The position numbers were made by a program, and so were the translations under genes. The notes under the pieces are model-generated. The model was not told the origin of the DNA. It did no database searches and was given only the letters and a program-made list of their open reading frames with translations. A DNA stretch of 64,000 nt from an uncultured Actinomycetota bacterium (GTDB lineage: Bacteria; Actinomycetota; Actinomycetes; Actinomycetales; Dermatophilaceae), in the NCBI GenBank assembly GCA_963803695.1, contig CAWDNY010000011.1, forward strand, positions 159,504 to 223,503, read 5' to 3'. Positions 8,589 to 18,964 of the stretch are shown one piece after another (the stretch's first letter is position 1; each line of letters starts with the position of its first letter).

Positions 8589-9833
8589 GTGTCTGAGATG
8601 AGCACGAGTTTTGACCGGATGTGGGCTGACCTGGAGTCGATCGGCCGCGCGCCGTCGGGGGGTTATCGACGCTTTGCCTGGACCCGGGAGGACCACACCC
8701 TGCGCGAGTGGTTTGCCGGCCAGACTGCTGCTCGCGGGTTAGACCTGACGCACGACCGGGTCGGCAACCAGTGGGCCTGGTGGGGCGACCCCGACGAAGC
8801 AGTCCGGGCTGGCCGACCCGGCCTCGCCACCGGCTCCCATCTCGACTCAGTCCCGAACGGCGGTGCCTATGACGGTCCGCTGGGCGTGATTTCTGCTTTC
8901 GCCGCGATCGATGCGCTTCGGGTGGCGGGTGTGGAGCCGCAGCGCCCGATTGCTGTGGTCAACTTCGTCGATGAAGAGGGCGCACGGTTCGGCGTGGCCT
9001 GCGGCGGTTCCCGGGTGTTGACCGGCGCGATGACAGCGGACCGTGCCCTGGGGCTCCGAGACGACACCGGCGTCACGATGGCCGAAGCACTCACGACGGC
9101 AGGCCAGGACACCGCATACTTCGGGGCTGATCCTGAGGCGCTGGCCCGAGTGGGCAGCTTCATCGAGCTGCACGTCGAACAAGGTCGTGGCCTCATCGAC
9201 GTCGACTCGCCGATCGGCATAGCTAGCGACATCTGGCCGCACGGTCGCTGGCGGATTGACCTGCCTGGGGAGGCCAATCACGTCGGCAGCACCCGGATGC
9301 AGGACCGCCAGGACGCGATGGTGTCGCTAGCCGACCTCGTATTGGCCGCCCGCGACCTCGCACTGAAGCACAGCAGCGTGGCCACCGTCGGCAAGATCGC
9401 GATCGAGCCTGGGGGGGTCAATGCGATCGCCAGTCACGCGACCGCATGGCTCGACAGCCGCGGGCCGCTCGAGCCGCCGGTCCGTGCGTTGGTGGATGAG
9501 GTCCAGGTGCTGGTGGAACGCCTTGGCGGTCGGATGGCGCAAGAATCGTGGACGGCCCCGACCCCCTTCGACGAAGCGTTGAGCACCCGGTTGCGAGGGG
9601 TCATCACCGGCCATCACCACACGGTGCCGGTCTTGGGCTCCGGCGCAGGACACGACGCGGGGATCCTGGCGAGTGCCGGCATACCCACCGCGATGTTGTT
9701 TGTCCGGAACCCGACCGGCATCTCGCACAGCCCGGCCGAATTCGCCGAGCCCGCGGACTGTCACGTGGGCGTCGAAGCCTTGGCTGCCTGCCTCACCGAC
9801 CTCGTTGGCCCACAGGGTGAGGTCGACCGGTGA
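8589..9833 (+). CDS. M20-family Zn amidohydrolase (allantoate amidohydrolase/hydantoinase-carbamoylase-like); start may be 8598
   Basis: GSHLDSVPNGGAYDGPLGV, DEEGARFG, ELHVEQG, GAGHDA, GISHSPAEF. Confidence 0.9.
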   Translation: MSEMSTSFDRMWADLESIGRAPSGGYRRFAWTREDHTLREWFAGQTAARGLDLTHDRVGNQWAWWGDPDEAVRAGRPGLATGSHLDSVPNGGAYDGPLGVISAFAAIDALRVAGVEPQRPIAVVNFVDEEGARFGVACGGSRVLTGAMTADRALGLRDDTGVTMAEALTTAGQDTAYFGADPEALARVGSFIELHVEQGRGLIDVDSPIGIASDIWPHGRWRIDLPGEANHVGSTRMQDRQDAMVSLADLVLAARDLALKHSSVATVGKIAIEPGGVNAIASHATAWLDSRGPLEPPVRALVDEVQVLVERLGGRMAQESWTAPTPFDEALSTRLRGVITGHHHTVPVLGSGAGHDAGILASAGIPTAMLFVRNPTGISHSPAEFAEPADCHVGVEALAACLTDLVGPQGEVDR

Positions 9834-11176
9834 AGTGGCACGCCGACGTCGCTCACCTGCCCGAGGGTGTGCTCCACAACGTGCTCATCGAAGCCGAGGG
9901 AGGCGTGTTCACCCAGGTCGTCCCTGACGCCCAGATCGATCCGGGTGATGTCGTCGAGCGCCTGCCCGGGGTGGTGACGCCCGGCTTCGCGAACGCCCAC
10001 AGTCATGCCTTCCACCGAGCCCTACGCGGCCGGACCCACGACGGAGGCGGCACCTTTTGGACCTGGCGCGAGGCCATGTATGCCGTGGCGCAGCGGCTCA
10101 ACCCAGACACCTACTACGCGTTGGCGCGGGCCACGTATGCCGAAATGGCGCTGGCCGGGATCACCGCGGTGGGGGAGTTCCACTACCTGCACCACGGCCC
10201 CGGCGGGACACCGTACGACGACCCCAACGCGATGAGTCACGCCCTCACTCAGGCGGCCGCCGACGCCGGAATTCGGCTGACGCTGCTGGACACCTGCTAT
10301 CTCGCCGGCGGCCTGGACGCTTCCGGTCATCAGCCACTGAGCGGCCCGCAAAGTCGGTTCGGGGACGGTGACGTCGAGGGCTGGGCAGCGCGGGTGTCTG
10401 CCATGAAGGACTGCGGCGCCGGTGGCCCGGAGCATCTGCGAGTAGGGGTCGCCGCGCATTCGGTCCGCGCGGTGCCCAGGCCTGCGCTGTCCATGATCGG
10501 TCGGGTCGCCCGCAACCTCGGCGGTGCGCCGTTACACGTGCACCTCTCCGAACAGCCTGCCGAAAACGAAGCCTGCCTCGCGGCATACGGGACGGCCCCG
10601 ACCGCTGTGCTGCACGAGGAAGGCTTGCTGGGGGCACACCTCAGTGCCGTGCACGCCACCCACCTCAGCGCCCAAGACATCGAACTGCTCGGGGGTGCTG
10701 GGGTGACGGCCTGCTTCTGCCCTACGACCGAGCGTGATTTGGCCGACGGGATCGGGCCGGCTCGGGCGTTGCTCGACGCGGGAGCGCGCCTGTCGCTCGG
10801 CTCAGATCAGCACGCCGTCATCGATCTCATCGAGGAAGCCCGGGCCCTCGAAATGCACGAACGACTGGCCTCCGGTCAGCGCGGCCGACTCACGCCCGCT
10901 GACCTGATGGAGGCCGCCACCGCGCACGCCTCGATCGGCTGGCCCGACGCCGGGCAGATCCGGGTCGGCGGGCGTGCCGATCTCGTCGCGATCCGCGCCG
11001 ACTCGGTACGCACCACGGGGGCAGACCCCGCGCAGATCGTGTATGCCGCCACTGCCGCCGACGTCGACACGGTCGTGGTCTCGGGCCGTACGGTGGTCAG
11101 CGAAGGCCACCATGCGCTTGGCGACGTCGGTGCCCTGTTGTGTGACGCGCTCGAACCACTGCTGGGAGGCACCTGA
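9830..11176 (+). CDS. hutF: Formimidoylglutamate deiminase
   Basis: [64 protein letters not shown]. Confidence 0.93.
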   Translation: MKWHADVAHLPEGVLHNVLIEAEGGVFTQVVPDAQIDPGDVVERLPGVVTPGFANAHSHAFHRALRGRTHDGGGTFWTWREAMYAVAQRLNPDTYYALARATYAEMALAGITAVGEFHYLHHGPGGTPYDDPNAMSHALTQAAADAGIRLTLLDTCYLAGGLDASGHQPLSGPQSRFGDGDVEGWAARVSAMKDCGAGGPEHLRVGVAAHSVRAVPRPALSMIGRVARNLGGAPLHVHLSEQPAENEACLAAYGTAPTAVLHEEGLLGAHLSAVHATHLSAQDIELLGGAGVTACFCPTTERDLADGIGPARALLDAGARLSLGSDQHAVIDLIEEARALEMHERLASGQRGRLTPADLMEAATAHASIGWPDAGQIRVGGRADLVAIRADSVRTTGADPAQIVYAATAADVDTVVVSGRTVVSEGHHALGDVGALLCDALEPLLGGT

Positions 11177-12411
11177 TGGGCATGTTGATCACCGGCATCA
11201 GCGAACTCGTGACCTGCGACGACGCCCTGGATGGAGCCGACCACCAGGACGGTTTGGGCATCGTGCGCGATGCTGCCGTGATCGTCGGTCGGGACCCCGA
11301 GACCAACGAGTCGAGCGTGCTATGGGTGGGCCGAGCGGCTCAAGCGCCTCCCGCCGACTGGGCGATCGACCTCGGCGGGAAATCGGTGTTGCCGGGGTTT
11401 GTCGACAGCCACAGCCACCTGGTGTTTGCCGGCGAGCGCTCGGCCGAGTTCGCGGCGAGGATGACCGGCCAAACCTACGACGGCGGCGGGATCGCGACGA
11501 CCGTGGCGGCTACCCGGGCGGCTAGCGACGACACGCTGCGGACGTTGCTGCGGGCGCGGGCCGATGAGATGCGCGCCCAGGGCACGACGACGATCGAGAT
11601 CAAGAGCGGTTACGGCCTGAGCGTGCACGACGAGACTCGTATGCTGCGACTCGCCTCCGAGGTCACCTCGGAAGTCACCTACTTGGGTGGCCACGTCGTG
11701 CCGCCCGCGTCCCTGGGGACAACGGGCAGCAAAACCGCCGCCAACGGCACCACCGACGGTGGGCGGTCGGCATACCTCGACCTGGTCTGTGGCGAGATGC
11801 TCCAGGCCGCACTGCCGTACGCCAAGTGGATCGACGTTTTTTGCGAGCCCGCCAGCCCGCATGCGTTCGACCAAGACGAGTCGCGCCGGATCCTGACTGC
11901 GGGAGTCGCGGACGGGTTGAGTCCCCGGGTCCACGGCAACCAACTAGCTCCCGGCCCCGGCGTGCAACTCGCCGTGGAGTTTGGCGCGGCCAGCGTGGAC
12001 CACTGCACCTATCTCTCGCAGGCCGACATCGACGCGCTAGTCGGGGCCGCGGACACCACGGTCGCCACGTTGCTACCAGGTGTCGAGTTCTCCACCAGGT
12101 CACCGTTCCCTGACGCCCGCGCCCTGCTCGATGCCGGGGTCTCGGTTGCGCTGGCCACGGATTGCAACCCCGGGACCTGCTACTCCACGTCGATGCCGTT
12201 CGTGATCGCCTTGGCCGTCCGCGAGATGGGCATGACGCCGGCCGAGGCGGTCCGAGCCTGCACCATGACCGCGGCACAAGCGCTGCGACGCGACGACGTT
12301 GGAATGGTGCGCGTTGGCGGGCGGGCCGACCTCGCGGTGCTGGACGCCCCGACATATTTGCACCTGCCCTATCGCCCCGGGGTCCCGATCGTTAAGACGC
12401 TCGAAGTCTGA
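11176..12411 (+). CDS. hutI: Imidazolonepropionase
   Basis: [58 protein letters not shown]. Confidence 0.95.
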   Translation: MGMLITGISELVTCDDALDGADHQDGLGIVRDAAVIVGRDPETNESSVLWVGRAAQAPPADWAIDLGGKSVLPGFVDSHSHLVFAGERSAEFAARMTGQTYDGGGIATTVAATRAASDDTLRTLLRARADEMRAQGTTTIEIKSGYGLSVHDETRMLRLASEVTSEVTYLGGHVVPPASLGTTGSKTAANGTTDGGRSAYLDLVCGEMLQAALPYAKWIDVFCEPASPHAFDQDESRRILTAGVADGLSPRVHGNQLAPGPGVQLAVEFGAASVDHCTYLSQADIDALVGAADTTVATLLPGVEFSTRSPFPDARALLDAGVSVALATDCNPGTCYSTSMPFVIALAVREMGMTPAEAVRACTMTAAQALRRDDVGMVRVGGRADLAVLDAPTYLHLPYRPGVPIVKTLEV

Positions 12412-12416
12412 CCGTC

Positions 12417-13080
12417 CTAGCCCGTTGGCTCGGGGGTGAAGCGCTGCCACTGCGGCAAGTGCTCGTAGGTGTATCGGTAGTAGTCGGCCAGCTCCAGGCG
12501 CCCGGCGGCAGCCTCGTCGATCACCACCATGGCGTCGGGGTGCATCTGAAGCGCCGACCCAGGGCACATGCTGCTCAGCGGCCCTTCGACCATCGCCGCG
12601 ACTGCCACCGCTTTTTGCTCACCTTGGGCTACCAACACCAGGGAGCGAGCTTGGCCAATAGTGGCCAGACCCTGGGTCAGGCAGTGCGTGGGCACCTCAT
12701 CCGCAGAGTCGAAGAATCGTGCGTTGTCGGCCCGGGTTGTCGGAGCCAGCGTCTTGATCCGGGTCCGTGAGGCAAACGAGGACGTCGGTTCGTTGAAGCC
12801 GATGTGTCCGTTGGCGCCGATCCCCAGGATCTGCACGTCGATCGGTCCGATGTCGCCGATCTTGTGCTCGTATGCCGCGCAGGCCGCGACCACGTCCGTG
12901 GCGGTCCCGTCCGGCACGTGGACCAGCGATTGGGTCAGGCCGAGTGGATCGGTGACCTCACGGCGGATCACCGATCGATAGCTCTGCGGGTGGCTGGCGT
13001 CGAGCCCCACGTATTGGTTGAGGGCAAAGGCTCGCACCCTTGAGCAGTCCAAGCCTTCCTCGCGGACCCGACGGTGACAA
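12417..13080 (-). pseudogene. nagB: Glucosamine-6-phosphate deaminase, 5'-truncated
   Basis: GPIDVQILGIGANGHIGFNEP and LTQGLATI present; N-terminal LGLATGS motif absent; the LDEY motif reads LNQY. Confidence 0.8.
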
Positions 13081-13132
13081 CCTGCATACTCACTTCCCTC
13101 CTCGATGGGCATCCAACCCCGGGCTCAACTCT

Positions 13133-13212
13133 TGCACGGGTTGGTCCACTCTTGCTGGCCGCGCCGGTGGCAATAGTGTGCCGGACGCGGCAAGAGTGGA
13201 CCAACCCGTGCA
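13133..13212. repeat. Perfect 23-bp inverted repeat (REP-like hairpin)
   Basis: tgcacgggttggtccactcttgc (13133-13155) / gcaagagtggaccaacccgtgca (13190-13212), 34-bp loop. Confidence 0.85.
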
Positions 13213-13269
13213 CCGCCCGCTCGCATAAGGCCGAATCTTGGCGCGGCCATCAGCCTTTAGGCTGGGCGG

Positions 13270-14541
13270 ATGATTGATCTGCGTATGGTGCGTGACGACC
13301 CCGAGCGGGTCCGGGCTTCCCAACGAGCTCGCGGCGAAGACGCCGGTTTGGTCGACGCCGTCCTATCCGCCGATGAGCACCACCGCTCATCCCTGTCGGA
13401 GTTCGAGCGACTCCGCGCCGAGCAGAAGTCGATCGGCCGCGAGGTCGCCAACGCCCAAGGCGAGGCCAAGAACGCACTGCTCCGGCAGGTCAAGACCGTC
13501 TCGGGGCGGGTTAAAGAGCTCGACAAGCAGGCCCGCGAGGCCGAGCAGCAGCGCGACGAGACGATCCGCAAGATCGGCAACGTCATCATCGACGGCGTGC
13601 CTGCCGGCGGTGAAGACGACTTCACGCTCATCGAAGAGGTCGGCACCCCGCGTGATTTCGCCGCCGACGGGTTCGAGCCCGCCGACCACCTCGAGGTCGC
13701 CGGTCGGCTCGACGCCCTAGACATGAGCCGCGGGGCCAAGGTCTCTGGCTCGCGCTTCTACTACCTCAAAGGTGTCGGTGCCCGGCTCGAAATGGCACTG
13801 CTACTCCTGGCGCTCGACCGCGCTCGCGAGGCTGGCTTCACCCAGCTGAAGGTGCCGACCCTGGTGCTGCCCGACACGATGGCTGGCGCCGGATTCTTGG
13901 ACGCGCACGCCGACGAGGTCTATCACCTCGAGGCTGACGACCTCTATCTGACCGGTACCTCTGAGGTCGCGCTCGCGGGTTATCACGCTGACGAGATCAT
14001 CGACCTCAGCGAGGGGCCCAAGCGCTATACCGCACTGTCGACGTGTTTCCGCCGTGAGGCCGGCAGCCACGGAAAGGACACCCGCGGCATCATCCGGGTG
14101 CACGAGTTCCAAAAGGTCGAGATGTTCGCCTACGTCCGGCCCGAGGACGCCGAGTCCGAGCACGAACGCATGCTTTCGCTGGAGCGCGCGATGCTCGAGA
14201 GCATGGGTCTGCCCTACCGGATCATCGATACCGCCGCGGGTGACCTTGGTGGCCCGGCGGCGCGGAAATACGACTGCGAAGCCTGGGTCCCGACCCAGGG
14301 CAGATACCGCGAGCTGACCTCGACGTCGAACTGCACGACATACCAAGCCCGCCGGTTGAACACCCGTGAGCGCGACCCCAAGGGCTCTGGCACGCGAACG
14401 GTCGCCACCCTGAACGGCACGATGGCCACCACCCGCTGGCTCGTCGCGATCCTAGAAAACCACCAACAGGCCGATGGGTCCGTCGTCGTGCCCGACGCGC
14501 TGCGGCCCTACGTCGGTGAATCGATGCTCAAGCCCAGCTGA
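13270..14541 (+). CDS. serS: Seryl-tRNA synthetase
   Basis: MIDL...N-terminal coiled coil, [52 protein letters not shown]. Confidence 0.98.
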   Translation: MIDLRMVRDDPERVRASQRARGEDAGLVDAVLSADEHHRSSLSEFERLRAEQKSIGREVANAQGEAKNALLRQVKTVSGRVKELDKQAREAEQQRDETIRKIGNVIIDGVPAGGEDDFTLIEEVGTPRDFAADGFEPADHLEVAGRLDALDMSRGAKVSGSRFYYLKGVGARLEMALLLLALDRAREAGFTQLKVPTLVLPDTMAGAGFLDAHADEVYHLEADDLYLTGTSEVALAGYHADEIIDLSEGPKRYTALSTCFRREAGSHGKDTRGIIRVHEFQKVEMFAYVRPEDAESEHERMLSLERAMLESMGLPYRIIDTAAGDLGGPAARKYDCEAWVPTQGRYRELTSTSNCTTYQARRLNTRERDPKGSGTRTVATLNGTMATTRWLVAILENHQQADGSVVVPDALRPYVGESMLKPS

Positions 14542-14570
14542 AGCAGATTCGGGCCCCCTGAGGAGACACG

Positions 14571-15551
14571 ATGCTCGCTGAGTTGCCGCCAGATGCTCTT
14601 CGCGCGACCCAGGGTCTCTGCCGCACCCCGGCTGACTTGCGGCAGAGTTGGCAGGACACGCTCTCCGCGTCCCGTGAGGTCGGCGAGCCGCCCAGCGTTC
14701 GGCATACCGAGACGGGGTTGTCGCTGGTCAGGACGGATGCGGTCGAGTTCTCCGGGTGGGGTGGCCATCGCATCAATGCGTGGCTGCATACGCCAGCGGC
14801 TGCCACGGCGGGAGCCCACGGGGCGGATGTGCCTGTAGTCGTCGTGCAGTTCCCGGGATACGGCGGCGGTCGCGGGTTGGCCCATCAGGTGCCCCTCTGG
14901 ACGCTCGCTGGGTATGCCTGTCTGAGCATGGACGTGCGTGGCCAAGGGTCCGAATGGGGCGCAGGTGACACCGCCGACCCCGTGGGCTCCGCGCCATCGT
15001 TCCCCGGGTTCTTGACCCGCGGGCTGCTCGATGGTGACGGCGGCTACTACCGGCGCGTCATCACCGACGCGGTCCGGGCCGTTGATGCGGTGGCCGATCT
15101 GCCGAGGTTGGCGGGTGCGAGGGTCGTCGTGGCGGGGGCCAGCCAAGGGGGCGGTCTCGCGCTGGCGGCAGCGGGGCTGTGCGCAAACGTGGCCGCCGTC
15201 TTGGTCGACGTGCCGTTCCTGTGCGACTTCCGCCGGGCCGTCGAGGTGGCGACCACGCGGCCGTATGCCGAGTTGCGCTCGTTCTTGGCCGTGCGCTCCG
15301 ATGTCGTCGAGGAGGCGTTTGCGGCGTTGGACTACGTTGATGCGGCGATCCTGGGGTCGACCGCTCAGGCTCCAGCGCTGTTTTCGGTGGCGATGATGGA
15401 TGAGGTGTGCCCGCCCTCGACGGTCTACGCGGCATACAACAGGTATGGCGGGCCCAAGGAGGTCGTCGAATACCCCTACGGCGATCACGCCGGCGGCGGG
15501 CCCCGGCACGAGCAACGCCAACTCGCCTGGCTGACCGACCGCCTGGCCTGA
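14571..15551 (+). CDS. Acetylxylan esterase / cephalosporin-C deacetylase (AXE1-type alpha/beta hydrolase)
   Basis: FPGYGGGRG, MDVRGQG, YYRRVITDAVRAV, GASQGG nucleophile elbow, DEVCPPSTVYAAYN, H in GDHAGG. Confidence 0.9.
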   Translation: MLAELPPDALRATQGLCRTPADLRQSWQDTLSASREVGEPPSVRHTETGLSLVRTDAVEFSGWGGHRINAWLHTPAAATAGAHGADVPVVVVQFPGYGGGRGLAHQVPLWTLAGYACLSMDVRGQGSEWGAGDTADPVGSAPSFPGFLTRGLLDGDGGYYRRVITDAVRAVDAVADLPRLAGARVVVAGASQGGGLALAAAGLCANVAAVLVDVPFLCDFRRAVEVATTRPYAELRSFLAVRSDVVEEAFAALDYVDAAILGSTAQAPALFSVAMMDEVCPPSTVYAAYNRYGGPKEVVEYPYGDHAGGGPRHEQRQLAWLTDRLA

Positions 15552-15595
15552 GCTTTTCTGCGGAGGCGGCCAGTTCCCAACCGCGAACCGGGCAA

Positions 15596-15660
15596 CCAGA
15601 CATGCAAAACTCCGGTCTGGCTCGCATCTGCCCAGGTGGCGGAGACTTTTGCATGTTTGG
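15596..15660. repeat. Imperfect inverted repeat (REP-like or terminator)
   Basis: ccagacatgcaaaactcc (15596-15613) / ggagacttttgcatgtttgg (15641-15660), downstream of the esterase. Confidence 0.55.
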
Positions 15661-15796
15661 GTGCCCACACGATCGGCAGCGAATGGGGATGATCTGCGGA
15701 GAACCGAGCCGATCGCTGGCATGAGGCGGCGGTTGAAGTCGGGGACTCATCCGTTTGGCGGAGGTATGCCGACGGCTGGCCGCATAGCCTGACCCG

Positions 15797-17224
15797 GTGG
15801 GCGCGACGACGTTGGGACGGCTCGAAGAGGTGCTCGGGTCCGAAGAGGACTGGGAGCGACCCGGGCCCTCGGGTACCGAGCGGGTCGTCGATGTATGGGT
15901 GGCGCTCGGGTTCTTCGCCTTGGCAGCCCTGGGCAGCGAGCTTCTGCGGTCAATCGGGGTGTTCGCCGATAATCCGGTCAGCCGAGTCGAGCAATTCCTC
16001 GGCATTGGCAGTGCCGCGGTGCTCCTGGTGTGGCGCCGCACCTACCCGGTGACCGTGGCCATGGCAGCGACACTGCATCTACTGGTCGTCGGATCGCTCG
16101 TAGCCCCCGTGGTCGCAAGCCTGCCGATGCAGGTGTTGTACTTCTTCGCGATCTACAGCGGGGTGGCCTGGGCCAAAGATCGTCGCGTCGTGACGTATGT
16201 CGTGATCGGCCTCGGGATTGCCATGTTTGCCTGGGTGGCCTGGTTCTTGGCGCTCAGCTCAGGGGTCGCCGAGATCTACGGCGAAGCCGCCACGGACGGC
16301 CAAGGTCCGATCCCGCCGACCGTGGGGGTGGCGGGGTGGATCATCATGAACAACCTCATCTTCTTCGGCGGCGCGGTTTTGCTGGGTCAGGTCGACTGGC
16401 GGCGAGCGCTGCGCACCGGGCAGGTCATCGAGCAAGCCCAGACCATCGAAACCCAAGGCAAACGCCTGCAGGATCAAGCGGTGGTCAACGAGCGGCTCCG
16501 TATCGCCCGCGAGCTGCACGACGTCGTGGCTCATCACATTTCGGTCATGGGGGTGCAGGCAGCGGCCGCCCGCAGAGTGCTCGCGACCGACGGTGATGCC
16601 GCGAGCGAGGCTCTGCGCTCTATCGAGGGCTCGTCGCGAGACGCGGTGGATCAGATGCGCGACCTGCTGGGCACCCTGCGCAGCAATGACGGGAGCACGA
16701 CCGCCGATGGGTATGCCGATCCGAGCCTGCCGCTGGATGTGCCAGCCGACGGCGGGGCCCCGGCGCAGGGCTGGACATCGAACCGTTCCCCCGAGCCTGG
16801 CCTGCACGACTTGGCTGCCTTGGCCCGCGAAGCCAGCACCACGCAATGCAGCGTCGAGATGCGGATCGTGCCGCAGGACCATGACGTTTTCGCCATGGTC
16901 GCCGCGCCGGTGCAGCTCTCGGTCTATCGGATCGCCCAGGAGGCTTTAGCTAACGTTCGTAAGCACTCGACGGCGCGATCGGCCCACGTTGCCGTGCGCA
17001 TCGAGCCCGATCAGAACCGGGTGGAAGTTGAAATAGTCGACAGCGGTGCACCCCGCCGCGGCACGACCGGCACGGGGCTGGGGCAGTTGGGCATGAGCGA
17101 GCGCACCCGGCATCTCGGCGGTGGACTCGAAGTCGGCTCGCGGCGCGGTGGTGGATATCGCGTGCGGGCTTGGTTGCCGATGGACGGCAGCATGGCTCGC
17201 CACCGAGCCAGGGAGTCGGCGTGA
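15797..17224 (+). CDS. Sensor histidine kinase, HisKA_3 (NarX/DesK-type)
   Basis: TM N-terminus, ERLRIARELHDVVAHH, YRIAQEALANVRKHS, DSG...GLGQLGMSER. Confidence 0.93.
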   Translation: MGATTLGRLEEVLGSEEDWERPGPSGTERVVDVWVALGFFALAALGSELLRSIGVFADNPVSRVEQFLGIGSAAVLLVWRRTYPVTVAMAATLHLLVVGSLVAPVVASLPMQVLYFFAIYSGVAWAKDRRVVTYVVIGLGIAMFAWVAWFLALSSGVAEIYGEAATDGQGPIPPTVGVAGWIIMNNLIFFGGAVLLGQVDWRRALRTGQVIEQAQTIETQGKRLQDQAVVNERLRIARELHDVVAHHISVMGVQAAAARRVLATDGDAASEALRSIEGSSRDAVDQMRDLLGTLRSNDGSTTADGYADPSLPLDVPADGGAPAQGWTSNRSPEPGLHDLAALAREASTTQCSVEMRIVPQDHDVFAMVAAPVQLSVYRIAQEALANVRKHSTARSAHVAVRIEPDQNRVEVEIVDSGAPRRGTTGTGLGQLGMSERTRHLGGGLEVGSRRGGGYRVRAWLPMDGSMARHRARESA

Positions 17225-17955
17225 GCGACGGGCCCGGCCCGATAAGGGTGCTGCTCGTCGATGACCAACCGCTGTTGCGCTCCGGCTTCTCGATGATTCT
17301 GTCGACCGAGTCCGATATGGAGGTGGTCGGCACCGCTGAGAACGGTCAACGCGCTGTCGAGGAGGTGACCAGGCTCCGCCCAGACGTGGTGTTGATGGAC
17401 GTCCAGATGCCGGTGCTGGACGGCATCGAAGCCACCCAACGGATCGTCGCCCTCGCTGTCGACGCCGGCGAGGCACCACCCAAGATCGTCATCTTGACGA
17501 CGTTCGACCGCGATGACTACCTGTTCGACGCGCTGACCGCCGGAGCCAGTGGGTTCCTCTTGAAGAACGCCGACGCCGAGCACCTCGTAGAGGGCATCCG
17601 CACCGTTCATGGGGGGTTGGCTCTGCTGGCCCCCGAAGTCACCCAACGGGTGATCGCCGCCGCCCATCAGCGGCCTCACGCGACCCATGGCGCTCCTGCT
17701 CAACCCGTGACGCCCGAGCCCGGCACGCCCACCCGAGCCGACGGCATACTCACCGAACTCACCGCTCGCGAGTCCGAAGTGCTCGCGCTCATGGCCACCG
17801 GATTGAGTAACGCCGAGATCGCCTCCTCACTGTTTTTGTCCGAGGCCACGGTCAAGACCCACGTGTCCAACGTGCTCACCAAACTCGGGGTCCGCGACCG
17901 GGTCCAAGCGGTCATCGCGGCATACCGAAGCGGGCTCGTTCCGCCGTCCGGATGA
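17221..17955 (+). CDS. NarL/LuxR-family response regulator
   Basis: VLLVDDQ, VVLMDVQMP, ILTTFD, GFLLKNA, LTARESEVL...GLSNAEIA...TVKTHVSNVLTKLG. Confidence 0.95.
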   Translation: MSDGPGPIRVLLVDDQPLLRSGFSMILSTESDMEVVGTAENGQRAVEEVTRLRPDVVLMDVQMPVLDGIEATQRIVALAVDAGEAPPKIVILTTFDRDDYLFDALTAGASGFLLKNADAEHLVEGIRTVHGGLALLAPEVTQRVIAAAHQRPHATHGAPAQPVTPEPGTPTRADGILTELTARESEVLALMATGLSNAEIASSLFLSEATVKTHVSNVLTKLGVRDRVQAVIAAYRSGLVPPSG

Positions 17956-18082
17956 GGCGTTGAACGCCCGCAGTTCCCCCGTATGACGGATGCGCGGACC
18001 GCGTCGGGACCCTAGCGTTGGAGCATGCCCAAGGACGCAGCCATACACGGGAGCAAGGCACGCCAACCAGAGGGGAGCAACC

Positions 18083-18964
18083 ATGCTTGAGGTCGACGCG
18101 GTGACACGAACGTACGGTGAGATCACGGCCGTTGATGGGGTGACTTTCGATGTCCAGCCCGGCGCGATGGTCGGATTCGTCGGCGGCAACGGTGCCGGCA
18201 AGACCACCACGATGCGGATGATCATGGGCATCCTGGCCCCCGACAGCGGCAGTGTGCGCTGGCAGGGTGAAGAACTGACGCGAGCCATTCGGACCCGCTT
18301 CGGCTACATGCCGGAGGAGCGCGGCCTCTATCCCAAGCAGCCGATCCTGGATCAACTCGTCTATCTCGGCCGTTTGCACGGGATGAGCCAGGGCGAGGCC
18401 AAAGGCCGCGTCACCGACCTGCTCAAGCGGTTTGGCCTCGGAGACCGGGTGGGCGACAAGGTCGAGACTTTGTCGCTGGGCAACCAGCAACGAGCCCAGA
18501 TCATCGCCGCCGTCTTGGGCGACCCCATCGCTCTCATCCTGGACGAGCCGTTCTCCGGGCTGGACCCGGCAGCGGTCGATCAGATGTCGGCCATGCTGCG
18601 TGAGCACACGTCCTCCGGCACCCCGGTGCTCTTCAGCTCCCACCAACTCGACCTCGTCGACCGACTCTGCGACTCGATCGTCGTCCTCCACCAGGGCAAG
18701 GTCGTGGCAGCCGGCACTTCAGCCGAGCTACGCGACACCGGGAAGTTGCGATACCGACTCACTGTGGGGGACGACGCAGGCTGGGTCCGGGGGCTGGACG
18801 GCATACGGGTGCTCGATCTTGACGGCAGCACCGCAGTCGTGGAGCCGGCTGACGAAGCGGCCGCTCAGCACCTGCTCGGTGAGGCGGTTTCGCGAGGGCA
18901 GGTGCGCGACTTCAGCAAGGTCATTCCGTCGTTGAGCGAGATCTATCGGGAGGTGGCAGCATGA
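18083..18964 (+). CDS. ABC transporter ATP-binding protein
   Basis: GGNGAGKTT, LSLGNQQR, LILDEP, SSH; RBS-like GGGGAG before ATG 18083. Confidence 0.93.
   Translation: MLEVDAVTRTYGEITAVDGVTFDVQPGAMVGFVGGNGAGKTTTMRMIMGILAPDSGSVRWQGEELTRAIRTRFGYMPEERGLYPKQPILDQLVYLGRLHGMSQGEAKGRVTDLLKRFGLGDRVGDKVETLSLGNQQRAQIIAAVLGDPIALILDEPFSGLDPAAVDQMSAMLREHTSSGTPVLFSSHQLDLVDRLCDSIVVLHQGKVVAAGTSAELRDTGKLRYRLTVGDDAGWVRGLDGIRVLDLDGSTAVVEPADEAAAQHLLGEAVSRGQVRDFSKVIPSLSEIYREVAA

Noticed and set aside
14508-15722. 404-aa minus-strand ORF
   Set aside because: Antisense shadow of the esterase, typical of high-GC DNA
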